This document shows positions 48,286-56,544 of a stretch of 64,000 nt of DNA, in pieces. The stretch covers positions 84,363 to 148,362 of the forward strand of contig CAZQKK010000002.1 in the NCBI GenBank assembly GCA_964593885.1, given 5' to 3'. The notes under the pieces were generated by a model. The model was given only the letters and a program-made list of their open reading frames with translations, ran no database searches and was not told the origin of the DNA. Every line of letters begins with the position of its first letter. Within the stretch, counting starts at the first letter, position 1. The stretch is from an uncultured Candidatus Saccharibacteria bacterium. Its GTDB lineage: Bacteria; Patescibacteriota; UBA1384; CAILIB01. The translations under genes were made by a program, and so were the position numbers.

Positions 48286-51126
48286 CTACTCTGCAACCAC
48301 AAAGGAGACGAGCTTGCCTATTACCACAATGGTACGGGTAACCTGCTTGCCGGTAAGCTGCTGCTGGACTGCAGGATCAGCCTTCACAATGGCTTCAATC
48401 TTGGCTTGGTCTGTGATGCGAGCATCAACTTGTAGCTTTGCACGTACCTTGCCGTTAACCTGCACCACGTAAGTTGCCACGTCCTGCTGGAGGTAGTCCT
48501 CAACGTAGGTAGGCCACGTCTGTAGTGAGATGAGGCCGCTGCCGCCGGTGATCTGCCAGAGCTCTTCGGTAATGTGTGGGGCAAGGGGCGAAAGGAGCTT
48601 GAGGATGTTCTGGTACCCAGTGATGCTCATTGAGCTCAACTCCATCAGGGCGTTAACGCTCTCCATGAGGGTAGAAACCGCAGTATTGAAAGAGCACGCT
48701 TGGATATCTTCGCCCACCTTCTTGATGGCAGCGTGGACAACCCGGTTCTCATCAGCTGAAGCGTTTGGATCAGTTGCCTTTTCTTGGAGACGCCACACCT
48801 TTTCAAGGAACCTGCGCGATCCAATGATACCCTTGGTGTCCCATGGCTTTTCAAGCTCAAAAGGTGCCATGAAGAGCTCGTAGAGCCTTAGGGTGTCTGC
48901 GCCAAACTCAGTAATCACATCGTCTGGGTTAATCACGTTACCCTTAGACTTGGACATCTTCTGGTGGTCTGGACCCAGGATCATACCCTGGTTACGCAAC
49001 TGGGTGAAAGGCTCATCAAAGCAAATCATGCCCTCGTCAAAGAGTACCTTGGTGAAGAACCTGGCGTAGAGGAGGTGGAGAACCGCGTGCTCAGCGCCAC
49101 CAACGTAGGTATCAACCGGCAGCCAGCGCTGCACCGCTTCTCTGTTAAAAGGACCATCAGTGTACGAAGGGTCCGGGAACCTGAGGTAGTACCAGCTTGA
49201 ACAGACAAAGGTGTCCAGGGTATCAACCTCACGGGTGAGCTGCTGCTTGGTAGTTGGGTCTGTGTAACGTTGCCACTCGTGGGCTTCGGCGAGGGGAGAT
49301 GTACCCGTTGGCTTGAAGTCTACGTTCATGGGAAGCTCTACCGGCAAGTCTGCATCGTCAACCAGAACTTCGCTCCCATCCTCAGTGTAGGCAACGGGAA
49401 TTGGAGCGCCCCAAAATCTCTGGCGCGAAACCAGCCAGTCGCGGAGACGGTAGGTGGTAACCATTTCGCCTCCAGCAAGCTTGGCAATATCGCCCGCTGC
49501 TTCCATAGAAAGCTTGCCATCAAAGTCTCCTGAGTTGGTGAGAGGTCCATGCTCTGAGTACGGCTGGAAGCCGTCTTTCAACCAGGCGAGGGCAAACTTG
49601 TGGGTTTCTGGTGTAAGGAAGCTTGGTAGCTCTGCGGCACTAAGCCAGCACAAGTTGTGACGTGATGCCTCGTGATCCTCAATGGCGTCTTTTTCTTCAT
49701 CCTTAAGCTGCACCAGGTAGACGTGGCCACGTACCAGCTTGTTTGTCTGCTTTGGGAGGTGGTAGAAGAGACCATCAATCACTCCAAGCTTCTGGGAGAT
49801 CTCGGCGTTGCGGTAGCCGGTTTCCTCGTGAATTTCCTTGAGTACCGTTTCCTCTGGGGTAACTCCTGGGTCAATGGTTCCGGTTAGCAAGGTTTTTGCT
49901 CCCCAGGCACTCTCTTTCCAGTCTAGGCCGAGGTACTTCTCCTCAGTTGGGTGTTTAACAAAGACAATGACACTCTCCCCAGTAACCACTGGTTGATCGG
50001 GGCGATACTTAGCAGGCTCAGTTTCTTGAACCAAGCGAGGAGCGACAACCTGCACAACGGGCAGTGAAAACACTTTGGCAAAAGCAAAGTCTCGCTCATC
50101 GTGGGCAGGGACCGCCATGATGGCGCCGGTTCCGTAGGTTGCGATGACGTAATCTGCCGTCCAAATAGGAATCTGTTGCTTGGAGAGGGGATGCACAGCG
50201 TATGAACCAGTGAAAACGCCAGACTTTTCCTTGCTGAGGAACTGCCGCTCAAGCTCTGACTTCTTTGAGGTCTGCTCTCGGTACTGCTTCACCGCAGCAA
50301 CTTGCTCAGGAGTAGTGAGCGAATCTACCAGCGAGTGTTCTGGGGCGATCACTAGGTACGTGGCGCCGTAGAGGGTATCAGGACGGGTGGTAAAGACTTC
50401 AATCTTTTCAGAAGATCCTGCTACCTCAAACCAAATCTTTGCCCCTTCAGATTTGCCAATCCAGTTTCGCTGCATGGTCTTGATCTTCTCTGGCCAATCA
50501 ACCCTATCAAGTCCTTCAAGGAGGCGCTCTGAGTAATCGGTAATCTTGAAGTACCACTGCTTAAGTTGGCGCTGGATGACTTCAGTGCCGCATCGCTCAC
50601 ACTTCCCGGATACTACCTGCTCGTTAGCAAGCACGGTTTGGCAGCTTGGACACCAGTTCACCATACCGTCTTTGCGGTAGGCCAGGCCCTTCTTGTAGAG
50701 CAGCTTGAAGAGCCACTGGGTCCAGCGGTAGTAGCTTGGGTCTGACGACGCTAGCTCGTGCTCCCAGGCGAGGCCAATACCCGCCTGCCTAAACTGACGC
50801 TTGAACTCTTGAATGTTCTGTTTGGTGGTGATGGAAGGATGAACACCTGTTTTGATGGCATAGTTTTCCGCTGGCAAGCCAAAAGAGTCCCAACCCATGG
50901 GGTGGAGAACATTCTTGCCATCCATTCTGGCTTTACGCGATAGGACGTCGGTACCGGTGTAACCAAGGATGTGCCCCACGTGGAGACCACTACCGGAAGG
51001 GTAGGGGAACATGTCCAGAATGTAGGCCTTTTCGGCATGAGTATCGGCTGATGGCTCAAAGACACGGGAATCTTCCCATACCTGCTGCCATTTCGGCTCT
51101 ACCTCGAGGTGATCGTAGCGTTTCAT
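48286..51126 (-). CDS. leuS: Leucine--tRNA ligase carrying an internal Nudix-like domain insertion. The ATG at 51126 was chosen; the track ORF extends 63 codons upstream.
   Basis: HIGH as HVGHILGY, editing TTRPDT, AVPAHDERDFAFAK, YRLRDWLVSRQRFWG, KMSKSKGN. Confidence 0.95.
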   Translation of the reverse strand: MKRYDHLEVEPKWQQVWEDSRVFEPSADTHAEKAYILDMFPYPSGSGLHVGHILGYTGTDVLSRKARMDGKNVLHPMGWDSFGLPAENYAIKTGVHPSITTKQNIQEFKRQFRQAGIGLAWEHELASSDPSYYRWTQWLFKLLYKKGLAYRKDGMVNWCPSCQTVLANEQVVSGKCERCGTEVIQRQLKQWYFKITDYSERLLEGLDRVDWPEKIKTMQRNWIGKSEGAKIWFEVAGSSEKIEVFTTRPDTLYGATYLVIAPEHSLVDSLTTPEQVAAVKQYREQTSKKSELERQFLSKEKSGVFTGSYAVHPLSKQQIPIWTADYVIATYGTGAIMAVPAHDERDFAFAKVFSLPVVQVVAPRLVQETEPAKYRPDQPVVTGESVIVFVKHPTEEKYLGLDWKESAWGAKTLLTGTIDPGVTPEETVLKEIHEETGYRNAEISQKLGVIDGLFYHLPKQTNKLVRGHVYLVQLKDEEKDAIEDHEASRHNLCWLSAAELPSFLTPETHKFALAWLKDGFQPYSEHGPLTNSGDFDGKLSMEAAGDIAKLAGGEMVTTYRLRDWLVSRQRFWGAPIPVAYTEDGSEVLVDDADLPVELPMNVDFKPTGTSPLAEAHEWQRYTDPTTKQQLTREVDTLDTFVCSSWYYLRFPDPSYTDGPFNREAVQRWLPVDTYVGGAEHAVLHLLYARFFTKVLFDEGMICFDEPFTQLRNQGMILGPDHQKMSKSKGNVINPDDVITEFGADTLRLYELFMAPFELEKPWDTKGIIGSRRFLEKVWRLQEKATDPNASADENRVVHAAIKKVGEDIQACSFNTAVSTLMESVNALMELSSMSITGYQNILKLLSPLAPHITEELWQITGGSGLISLQTWPTYVEDYLQQDVATYVVQVNGKVRAKLQVDARITDQAKIEAIVKADPAVQQQLTGKQVTRTIVVIGKLVSFVVAE
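49543..50043 (-). other. Nudix-hydrolase-like domain, about 135 aa, inserted in LeuRS between the AVPAHDERDFAFAKV and NSGDFDGK/YRLRDW segments.
   Basis: TGTIDPGVTPEETVLKEIHEETG aligns to the MutT Nudix box GGKIEMGETPEQAVVRELQEEVG (G-x5-E-x7-REUxEE-x-GU, with R to K and the first E to V), flanked by beta-strand-like segments VIVFVKH and HVYLVQL. Verified by reverse-complementing 49813..49881. Confidence 0.6.
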
Positions 51127-51166
51127 GCTGTTAACTATAGCAGAACTCACGTATACTGACAGGCAC

Positions 51167-51445
51167 ATGAAACCGCTCAGCCACCTCCAGCACACCCTGT
51201 TAGTTGCGATATTCCGGCACCCACACGTGCACGGGTATGTGCTGCTGGAATACGGTGCGCAGAGTAGCGTGTACGATGCCCTAAGGGCGCTTGCCGCGAG
51301 GGGTCTCGTAGACACCGTTGTCGCAGGTTCAAGTAACGCACCTCAGCGTAAAACCTACCAGATCACTAAATCTGGGCGAAGCTACCTAGGTGACGGGAGT
51401 GCCCCAACGGAAGCCAGACTCACTCACTACGGAACACCTACCTGA
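51167..51445 (+). CDS. Small winged-helix transcriptional regulator, PadR-like.
   Basis: LLVAIFRHPHVHGYVLLE...YDALRALAARGLVD...QRKTYQITKSGRSYL. Divergent from leuS. Confidence 0.35.
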   Translation: MKPLSHLQHTLLVAIFRHPHVHGYVLLEYGAQSSVYDALRALAARGLVDTVVAGSSNAPQRKTYQITKSGRSYLGDGSAPTEARLTHYGTPT

Positions 51446-51486
51446 GAGCACTCCGGTTGCGTTAATAAAAAAATCCTAGAACTGGT

Positions 51487-51744
51487 CTAGGATTGAGAAT
51501 TGGATGCCGACTTTCTTGCCATCACCATTACCCTGAGTAAGGTGTAAACCAGCCAACAGAGGAAGTAGGCGAGTACCAGCGGCCAGACGAAGCAAGCAAC
51601 GACGAACACTACCCAATCAAACCGACCCAAGAGGAAGAGATAGTGATCATCGCATACGGCCGGTAAAAACAGCCAGATAAGGAAGAACACGACGGCGGCC
51701 GGAAACAGACCAACCAGGTAGATAGTTTCTTGCGCACTAGACAT
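51487..51744 (-). CDS. Small hypothetical membrane protein, 2-3 TM helices.
   Basis: Hydrophobic LVGLFPAAVVFFLIWLFL and VVFVVACFVWPLVLAYFLCWLVY. Confidence 0.3.
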   Translation of the reverse strand: MSSAQETIYLVGLFPAAVVFFLIWLFLPAVCDDHYLFLLGRFDWVVFVVACFVWPLVLAYFLCWLVYTLLRVMVMARKSASNSQS

Positions 51745-51796
51745 AAAACACCCTGAGCATTGCTCACCTCGTTTCTACGCGTTTACCCTAGAGTAG

Positions 51797-52450
51797 TCAA
51801 TTCCTAGGGAGTACCACACAGTAGCCAATGCCGTAGAGCGGCTTAATGCAGCCGCGTAGCTCAACGGGGAGACGCTGCCTAATTCTTGCGATGGCGGTAT
51901 CTATGGCTCCAAGCTGGGGAAGCTGGGCGATGGTCCAGGCAGCCTCCCAGATTTGCAGTCTACTCACCGGTGCACCATGAGCACGCAGCAGACGGTGAAA
52001 TATGTGAAACTGCCGTTTTGTGAGCAGAATACCGTTGGAGCGATAGGTAATCACCTGAGCTGCGGTATCTACGTAGAGTGGACCGTAGCGTTGCTGCACT
52101 GGCTGCTTGGGCGAGTAGTGGGAAGCGCCCAGATCATAGACTAGACGGGTGAGAGGAAAGGGTTCAATGTAGTACTCCTTTACCCCACTTTTAAGGGCAT
52201 TCACCCTATCCAGCGCTTGCTGGTGGGTAGTCACTACGTATACCGGCTTATCTGTTTTGATGAAGGAACGAATGGACGCATCTAGCTTGCTGGTGAGAAT
52301 GAGGATGGCATCCGGCTTGTCCCTGAGCACCTGGTTCTGGAGTGTATCAAGTGCCGCACAGGGAATGAGCGAAATGCCGCACGAGAGTAACGCATCCTGG
52401 ATTGGTTTAGGAGCGTGGTGGTTGGAGGTGTAGAAGAGGATACGCTGCAC
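51797..52450 (-). CDS. Atypical OmpR/PhoB-family response regulator with a degenerate receiver domain.
   Basis: C-terminal winged helix LLTKRQFHIFHRLLRAHGAPVSRLQIWEAAW...IDTAIARIRQRL...LYGIGYCV. The receiver lacks the acidic pair (ILFYTSNHH), the phospho-Asp (PDAILILTSK) and the Lys (YYIEPFP). Confidence 0.65.
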   Translation of the reverse strand: MQRILFYTSNHHAPKPIQDALLSCGISLIPCAALDTLQNQVLRDKPDAILILTSKLDASIRSFIKTDKPVYVVTTHQQALDRVNALKSGVKEYYIEPFPLTRLVYDLGASHYSPKQPVQQRYGPLYVDTAAQVITYRSNGILLTKRQFHIFHRLLRAHGAPVSRLQIWEAAWTIAQLPQLGAIDTAIARIRQRLPVELRGCIKPLYGIGYCVVLPRN

Positions 52451-52611
52451 GAGATACCTTACGGGTTAGTGAGACCATACTGGCAGGACGATGGTTAAAT
52501 GAAGGTTAAATGTTCAATGCGCGTTTGACACCACTACCACTTCCTGGAAGTCTGGGGTGGTAAGAGGGTCTCGTCACGATATGGCGCTGATCTTTGACAA
52601 CGGGACATACG

Positions 52612-53583
52612 ATGAACAAAGTAAAAACTGTTGTGATGAGCCTCCCAGGCTCGCGTCACATCGCAAAAGGAATCATGTCGGAGCTTGCGCTGCCGCCAGA
52701 GTGCTTCAAGGAAGTTGACTTCACCACCTTTAGAGGGGGTGAGCTCTACGTTCGTGCCATTCACGAAGACAAGGGCTTCCTCTGGGGAAAGGATGTGATC
52801 ATCGCCGCGAGCATCCACGACCACACAGACCTCATTTGGCTCTGTGCACTCCAAGATCTCGTAGTGAACAAGCAGGCAAAGCGACTTTTCATTGCAATGC
52901 CCTACCTGGCCTACCAAACCCAAGAGCGTGAGGTTCACCCCAACGACGCCGTAATGGCTCGGGTAGTTGCTACCATTCTCTGTGCAGGAGCCGGTGCAGC
53001 GTGGAACATTTCACGCCTCATCATGGACCCTCACACCGAAGGAGCGCCAAACTACTTCCCATCTGGTCTCGTTCCCGATGTGGTGCAGGGGCGAACGGTA
53101 CTCACTCCCATCATCAGAGAGCTCGAGGAAGACCTTGAGATGCTCGTGATGGCTTCAGCAGACCTCGGTAGGCCAAAGTGGATTGAGAACTACGCACGCG
53201 ACCTTGGTATTGGCTTTGCCCTTGCCAACAAGCACCGGACGGGTGAGCACACCGAAACCACCCACTTCGTTGGTGGTGAGTTCATGGGGAAACGAGTGGT
53301 CCTCTACGACGACCTTACCCGGAGTGGCTCTAGCGCCATCAAAGCGCTCCAGCTTTACGTTGATCACGGCGCCAGCGGCGGGTACCTCGTACTCAGCCAC
53401 CTAGCGGCTAACAGTGAAGATGCACTGAGGCTCCTTGCCGATTCGCCCTTCATCAAGATCATCGTTACTGACTCGCACCGCTGGAGTCAGCACCCAATTG
53501 TCACGGACTCCGAAAAGTTTGTGGTCGTACCACTTGCTGAAAGGATTGCCTGCAGAATTCGGGAGCAGTTCGCAACCAACTGA
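52612..53583 (+). CDS. prs: Ribose-phosphate pyrophosphokinase-like (divergent PRPP synthetase / PRTase fold). An alternative TTG start lies at 52594.
   Basis: GGELYVRAIHEDKGFLWGKDVIIAAS...LFIAMPYLAYQTQERE...MDPHTEGAPNYF...VVLYDDLTRSGSSAI. Confidence 0.55.
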   Translation: MNKVKTVVMSLPGSRHIAKGIMSELALPPECFKEVDFTTFRGGELYVRAIHEDKGFLWGKDVIIAASIHDHTDLIWLCALQDLVVNKQAKRLFIAMPYLAYQTQEREVHPNDAVMARVVATILCAGAGAAWNISRLIMDPHTEGAPNYFPSGLVPDVVQGRTVLTPIIRELEEDLEMLVMASADLGRPKWIENYARDLGIGFALANKHRTGEHTETTHFVGGEFMGKRVVLYDDLTRSGSSAIKALQLYVDHGASGGYLVLSHLAANSEDALRLLADSPFIKIIVTDSHRWSQHPIVTDSEKFVVVPLAERIACRIREQFATN

Positions 53584-53690
53584 GGCCACATTCCAAATCA
53601 CCCAACCGGGTGATTTTTTGCTGCAATCTTTACCCGGAACCAACTTTTTGCAAATATGTGCGAAACAGGAAGACCTGTTTCGGGAAACGT

Positions 53691-54035
53691 ATGGAAGAAC
53701 TGATTGGCAAAAGCCTCGAAGAGTACAGAATAGAAACCTGGTTCGAGCTCAGGCTTGCAACAGGTGAAACCGGTCACAGGGTTGCCGGCTACTTCACCGA
53801 TAGCCACCTGGCTGCGGCCTCTGGGAAAGGAAAGGGCTGGTACGGCAGCAGTGGCTCTGTTGAGAAAGCGCTCGTGCTCACCAAGGATGGGAAGACGGGA
53901 TTCCTCGTCGGTCACTCGCCTGTAGCTGGCATCAAGCTCTCTGACGAAGCCTCCCTACGTGATGCCGCAACCGCTCACGCACGTAGCAAGCTCAGTGAAC
54001 ACGAACTCGTGCTCCTCGGCCTCACCCAACCATGA
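53691..54035 (+). CDS. Hypothetical protein.
   Basis: ORF only; Gly-rich GKGKGWYGSSGSVEKALVLTKDGKTGFLVGHSPVAG. No family recognised. Confidence 0.25.
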   Translation: MEELIGKSLEEYRIETWFELRLATGETGHRVAGYFTDSHLAAASGKGKGWYGSSGSVEKALVLTKDGKTGFLVGHSPVAGIKLSDEASLRDAATAHARSKLSEHELVLLGLTQP

Positions 54036-54107
54036 AGAAGGTTTCATCTCAACTACCACGCATGTGGTAGTTTTTTCTTTCTGAACAACTGTACGAAAAA
54101 TCGCCAC

Positions 54108-54500
54108 CTAGGTAGGTAGCGATTTGAGAATCTCAGGGACGATTACCCTGAACAAGGTGATTGTCACCATCACGCACGGGATGATGGTCCCGAGGAGGAC
54201 AAATGCCTTAGCCTTGCCAGTGCTCAGGTGGTACCCGTGTTTCCAGGAGAAGAAGACGAATACATTGATGGCAATCTGGATGAGGCCAGCCAGGAGGTTT
54301 AGTCCTGTAAATAGGTGGATGACGTTTGCCAGGATGAAGAAGGTAAACCCCATCACTCCAGAGACAACCATCAAGAGACGCACAGTTTGCAGTTCTTTTT
54401 TCATGGTTTTCTGGAGCGAAGCAACCCTCACTCCCTCAAAATCGGGGGAATTGTACCACAAAAGTGCCAAAATGTCAATCTGGTACAATCCTGATGCCAT
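54108..54500 (-). CDS. Hypothetical membrane protein, 4 TM helices.
   Basis: Four hydrophobic helices. Confidence 0.35.
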   Translation of the reverse strand: MASGLYQIDILALLWYNSPDFEGVRVASLQKTMKKELQTVRLLMVVSGVMGFTFFILANVIHLFTGLNLLAGLIQIAINVFVFFSWKHGYHLSTGKAKAFVLLGTIIPCVMVTITLFRVIVPEILKSLPT

Positions 54501-54607
54501 GAAAAACCCAGAGTCATGCTCTGGTTAGGAAAGGGAAGGCAAGTAGTTCTATAGTTACCCGTTAACGTTCATTTGACATATCCCCTATGGGGGGATATTA
54601 TTTGAGC

Positions 54608-54874
54608 ATGCCATACACACCAAAAGACACCAAGGAACGCATTACCCACCGCTACAAAATCGTACGCGGGCACCTTAATAAGATTATTGAGATGCTTGAT
54701 AACGACGTTTACTGCATGGACATCCTGCACCAATCAAAGGCTGTACAGAAAGCTCTCCAGCAGGTAGATGCCCTCCTCTTGGAGCAACACCTGAAGACAT
54801 GTGTGCTCGATGCCGCAAAGGCAGGAAATGCTGAGGATTCACTGGCTGAGATACTAGAAATCTTTAAAAAGTAA
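54608..54874 (+). CDS. csoR: CsoR/RcnR-family metal-sensing repressor, copper-type ligands.
   Basis: RGHLNKIIEMLDNDVYCMDILHQSKAVQKAL...EQHLKTCV gives the C-H-C ligand pattern of CsoR. It is the first gene of the copper cluster. Confidence 0.75.
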   Translation: MPYTPKDTKERITHRYKIVRGHLNKIIEMLDNDVYCMDILHQSKAVQKALQQVDALLLEQHLKTCVLDAAKAGNAEDSLAEILEIFKK

Positions 54875-54884
54875 GGGAAGCACC

Positions 54885-55928
54885 ATGCCTACCATTTGGC
54901 TTGCGTTTATCACTGGCCTAACAACGGGTGGACTTTCTTGCCTCGCAGTCCAAGGTGGCTTACTTGCTAGCACCTTAGCTCAGGAAGTAGAGCAGCAAGT
55001 TTCACAGAAGAAAATTGTTTCCAGCCTCATTGTCTTTCTTACTAGTAAGCTAGCTGCGTACACGCTTCTTGGCTTTTTTCTCGGGTGGCTTGGGACGATG
55101 ATCCAAATTACGCCATACATGCGCGCCGGCCTCCAAATAGCAATTGGAGTATTCATGATTGGGATGGCACTACGGATGCTGAATATTCACCCAATATTCC
55201 GTTATTTCATCATCGAACCACCAAAATCTGTCACAAGATTCATCAGAAAGTTTGCAAAAAAGAGTGATGGTAATTTAGTGAGTGCAGGATTTCTCGGGGT
55301 CCTCACGGTACTCATTCCGTGTGGCATCACCCAGGCTGTAATGGTCACTGCTCTAGGTACTGGCAGTCCAATGCAGGGTGCGGCCATCCTCTTTGCCTTT
55401 GTACTGGGAACTAGTCCCATATTCTTTATTCTCGCGTACCTTGCAACACGATTGGGCGAAAAGCGTAATAGTCAGTTTACGAAAGTCGCCGCAGTGTTCG
55501 TACTCCTCTTGGGACTAGTCTCACTAGAAGGAGGTCTCAATCTTGCAGGCTCACCAGTCTCGTATGCTCAGTTTAAGAGCTCCATAGTTTCGTACAAGCC
55601 TGATATCAGACCACAGCAAAGTGAGAACGTTACAACAACTCCTACCGCAACACCAGCAGAAGGTAATACCGTAACAATTACTGCTGATGGCTACAACGGC
55701 TACCAGCCCACAAAAACGGTCGCCAAAGCAGGAGAACCCATCAAACTAATTATCACCAGTAAGGACCTCTATAGCTGTGCCTCAGCATTTGTTATCCCCA
55801 AATTGAAGATCCAAAGGAGCCTACCCCCAGACGGAACAACCACAATAGATATCCCTGCCCAACTTGCAGGCACCATTTCGTACAGCTGCACCATGGGCAT
55901 GTACCGAGGAAGTATTACCGTTCAATAG
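54885..55928 (+). CDS. Membrane protein with an N-terminal DsbD/CcdA/MerT-like permease region fused to a C-terminal cupredoxin-like domain.
   Basis: TM1 AFITGLTTGGLSCLAVQGGLLAS, compare CcdA AFLAGLLSFLSPCVLPLLP. C-term TITADGYNGYQPTKTVAKAGEPIKLIITSKDLYSCASAFVIPKL...GTISYSCTMGMYRGSITVQ is a cupredoxin-like beta-sandwich with Cys/Met ligand candidates. Confidence 0.5.
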   Translation: MPTIWLAFITGLTTGGLSCLAVQGGLLASTLAQEVEQQVSQKKIVSSLIVFLTSKLAAYTLLGFFLGWLGTMIQITPYMRAGLQIAIGVFMIGMALRMLNIHPIFRYFIIEPPKSVTRFIRKFAKKSDGNLVSAGFLGVLTVLIPCGITQAVMVTALGTGSPMQGAAILFAFVLGTSPIFFILAYLATRLGEKRNSQFTKVAAVFVLLLGLVSLEGGLNLAGSPVSYAQFKSSIVSYKPDIRPQQSENVTTTPTATPAEGNTVTITADGYNGYQPTKTVAKAGEPIKLIITSKDLYSCASAFVIPKLKIQRSLPPDGTTTIDIPAQLAGTISYSCTMGMYRGSITVQ

Positions 55929-55935
55929 CAACGCT

Positions 55936-56157
55936 ATGACTACAAAAACCTACAGAGCACCCACGATGCACTGCACCGCTTGTGTGATGGTCATCGAAGG
56001 ACTTGAAGATGACGTGCCTGGCATAGAACACGTTGAAGCAAGCTTGAAGCGACTTGAGGTGAGGGTAACTTTTGATGAATCAAAACTGCAAGAAACAGCA
56101 GTTATCGAAGCAGCCTACAGAGAAGGCTATGTACTCATCCCAATAACCAGCAACTAA
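55936..56157 (+). CDS. copZ: Copper chaperone CopZ-like (HMA domain).
   Basis: TMHCTACVMVIE carries the MxCxxC motif. The ATG at 55936 was confirmed, just after the stop of the preceding gene. Confidence 0.8.
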   Translation: MTTKTYRAPTMHCTACVMVIEGLEDDVPGIEHVEASLKRLEVRVTFDESKLQETAVIEAAYREGYVLIPITSN

Positions 56158-56169
56158 CTAGGAAACACA

Positions 56170-56544
56170 ATGAAGAGCAACCAAAGCATACTGTACGGAA
56201 TCATTGGCCTACTTGCAGGCGTAATTCTAACCGGTGCCATCATGAGCTTCAGTGGCAACACAACAAGGCATGGTTCAGGAAGCATGATGGATGAGAGTAG
56301 TGATCACATGGATATGTCGATGAATGATATGGCAAAGGAACTAAAAAATAGGACAGGCGATAACTTCGACAAGGCGTTTCTTGAAATGATGATTGACCAC
56401 CACCAAGGTGCTGTTGATATGGCCAAGGAGGCACAGAAGAACGCCAAGCACCAGGAATTGAAAGCAATGTCGAACGAAATTATTTCTGCCCAGGAAAAAG
56501 AGATTGCCCAAATGAAAGCTTGGCAAAAAGAGTGGGGATACTAA
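56170..56544 (+). CDS. DUF305-family protein (copper-resistance associated), anchored by an N-terminal TM helix.
   Basis: FDKAFLEMMIDHHQGAVDMAKEA...ELKAMSNEIISAQEKEIAQMKAW, the DUF305 HH-containing helical repeat. Confidence 0.7.
   Translation: MKSNQSILYGIIGLLAGVILTGAIMSFSGNTTRHGSGSMMDESSDHMDMSMNDMAKELKNRTGDNFDKAFLEMMIDHHQGAVDMAKEAQKNAKHQELKAMSNEIISAQEKEIAQMKAWQKEWGY

Noticed and set aside
48286-51315. Upstream 63 codons of the leuS track ORF (MSTRPLAASALRASYTLLCAPYSSSTYPCTC...).
   Set aside because: LeuRS homology begins at MKRYDHLEVEPKWQ (51126). The upstream segment is Cys/Ser-rich with no homology and lies in the divergent promoter region.
53610-53690. N-terminal 27 codons of track ORF 53610..54035 (MIFCCNLYPEPTFCKYVRNRKTCFGKR).
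   Set aside because: This probably lies upstream of the real start. The MEELIGKS start at 53691 is preferred, and even that ORF is low-confidence.
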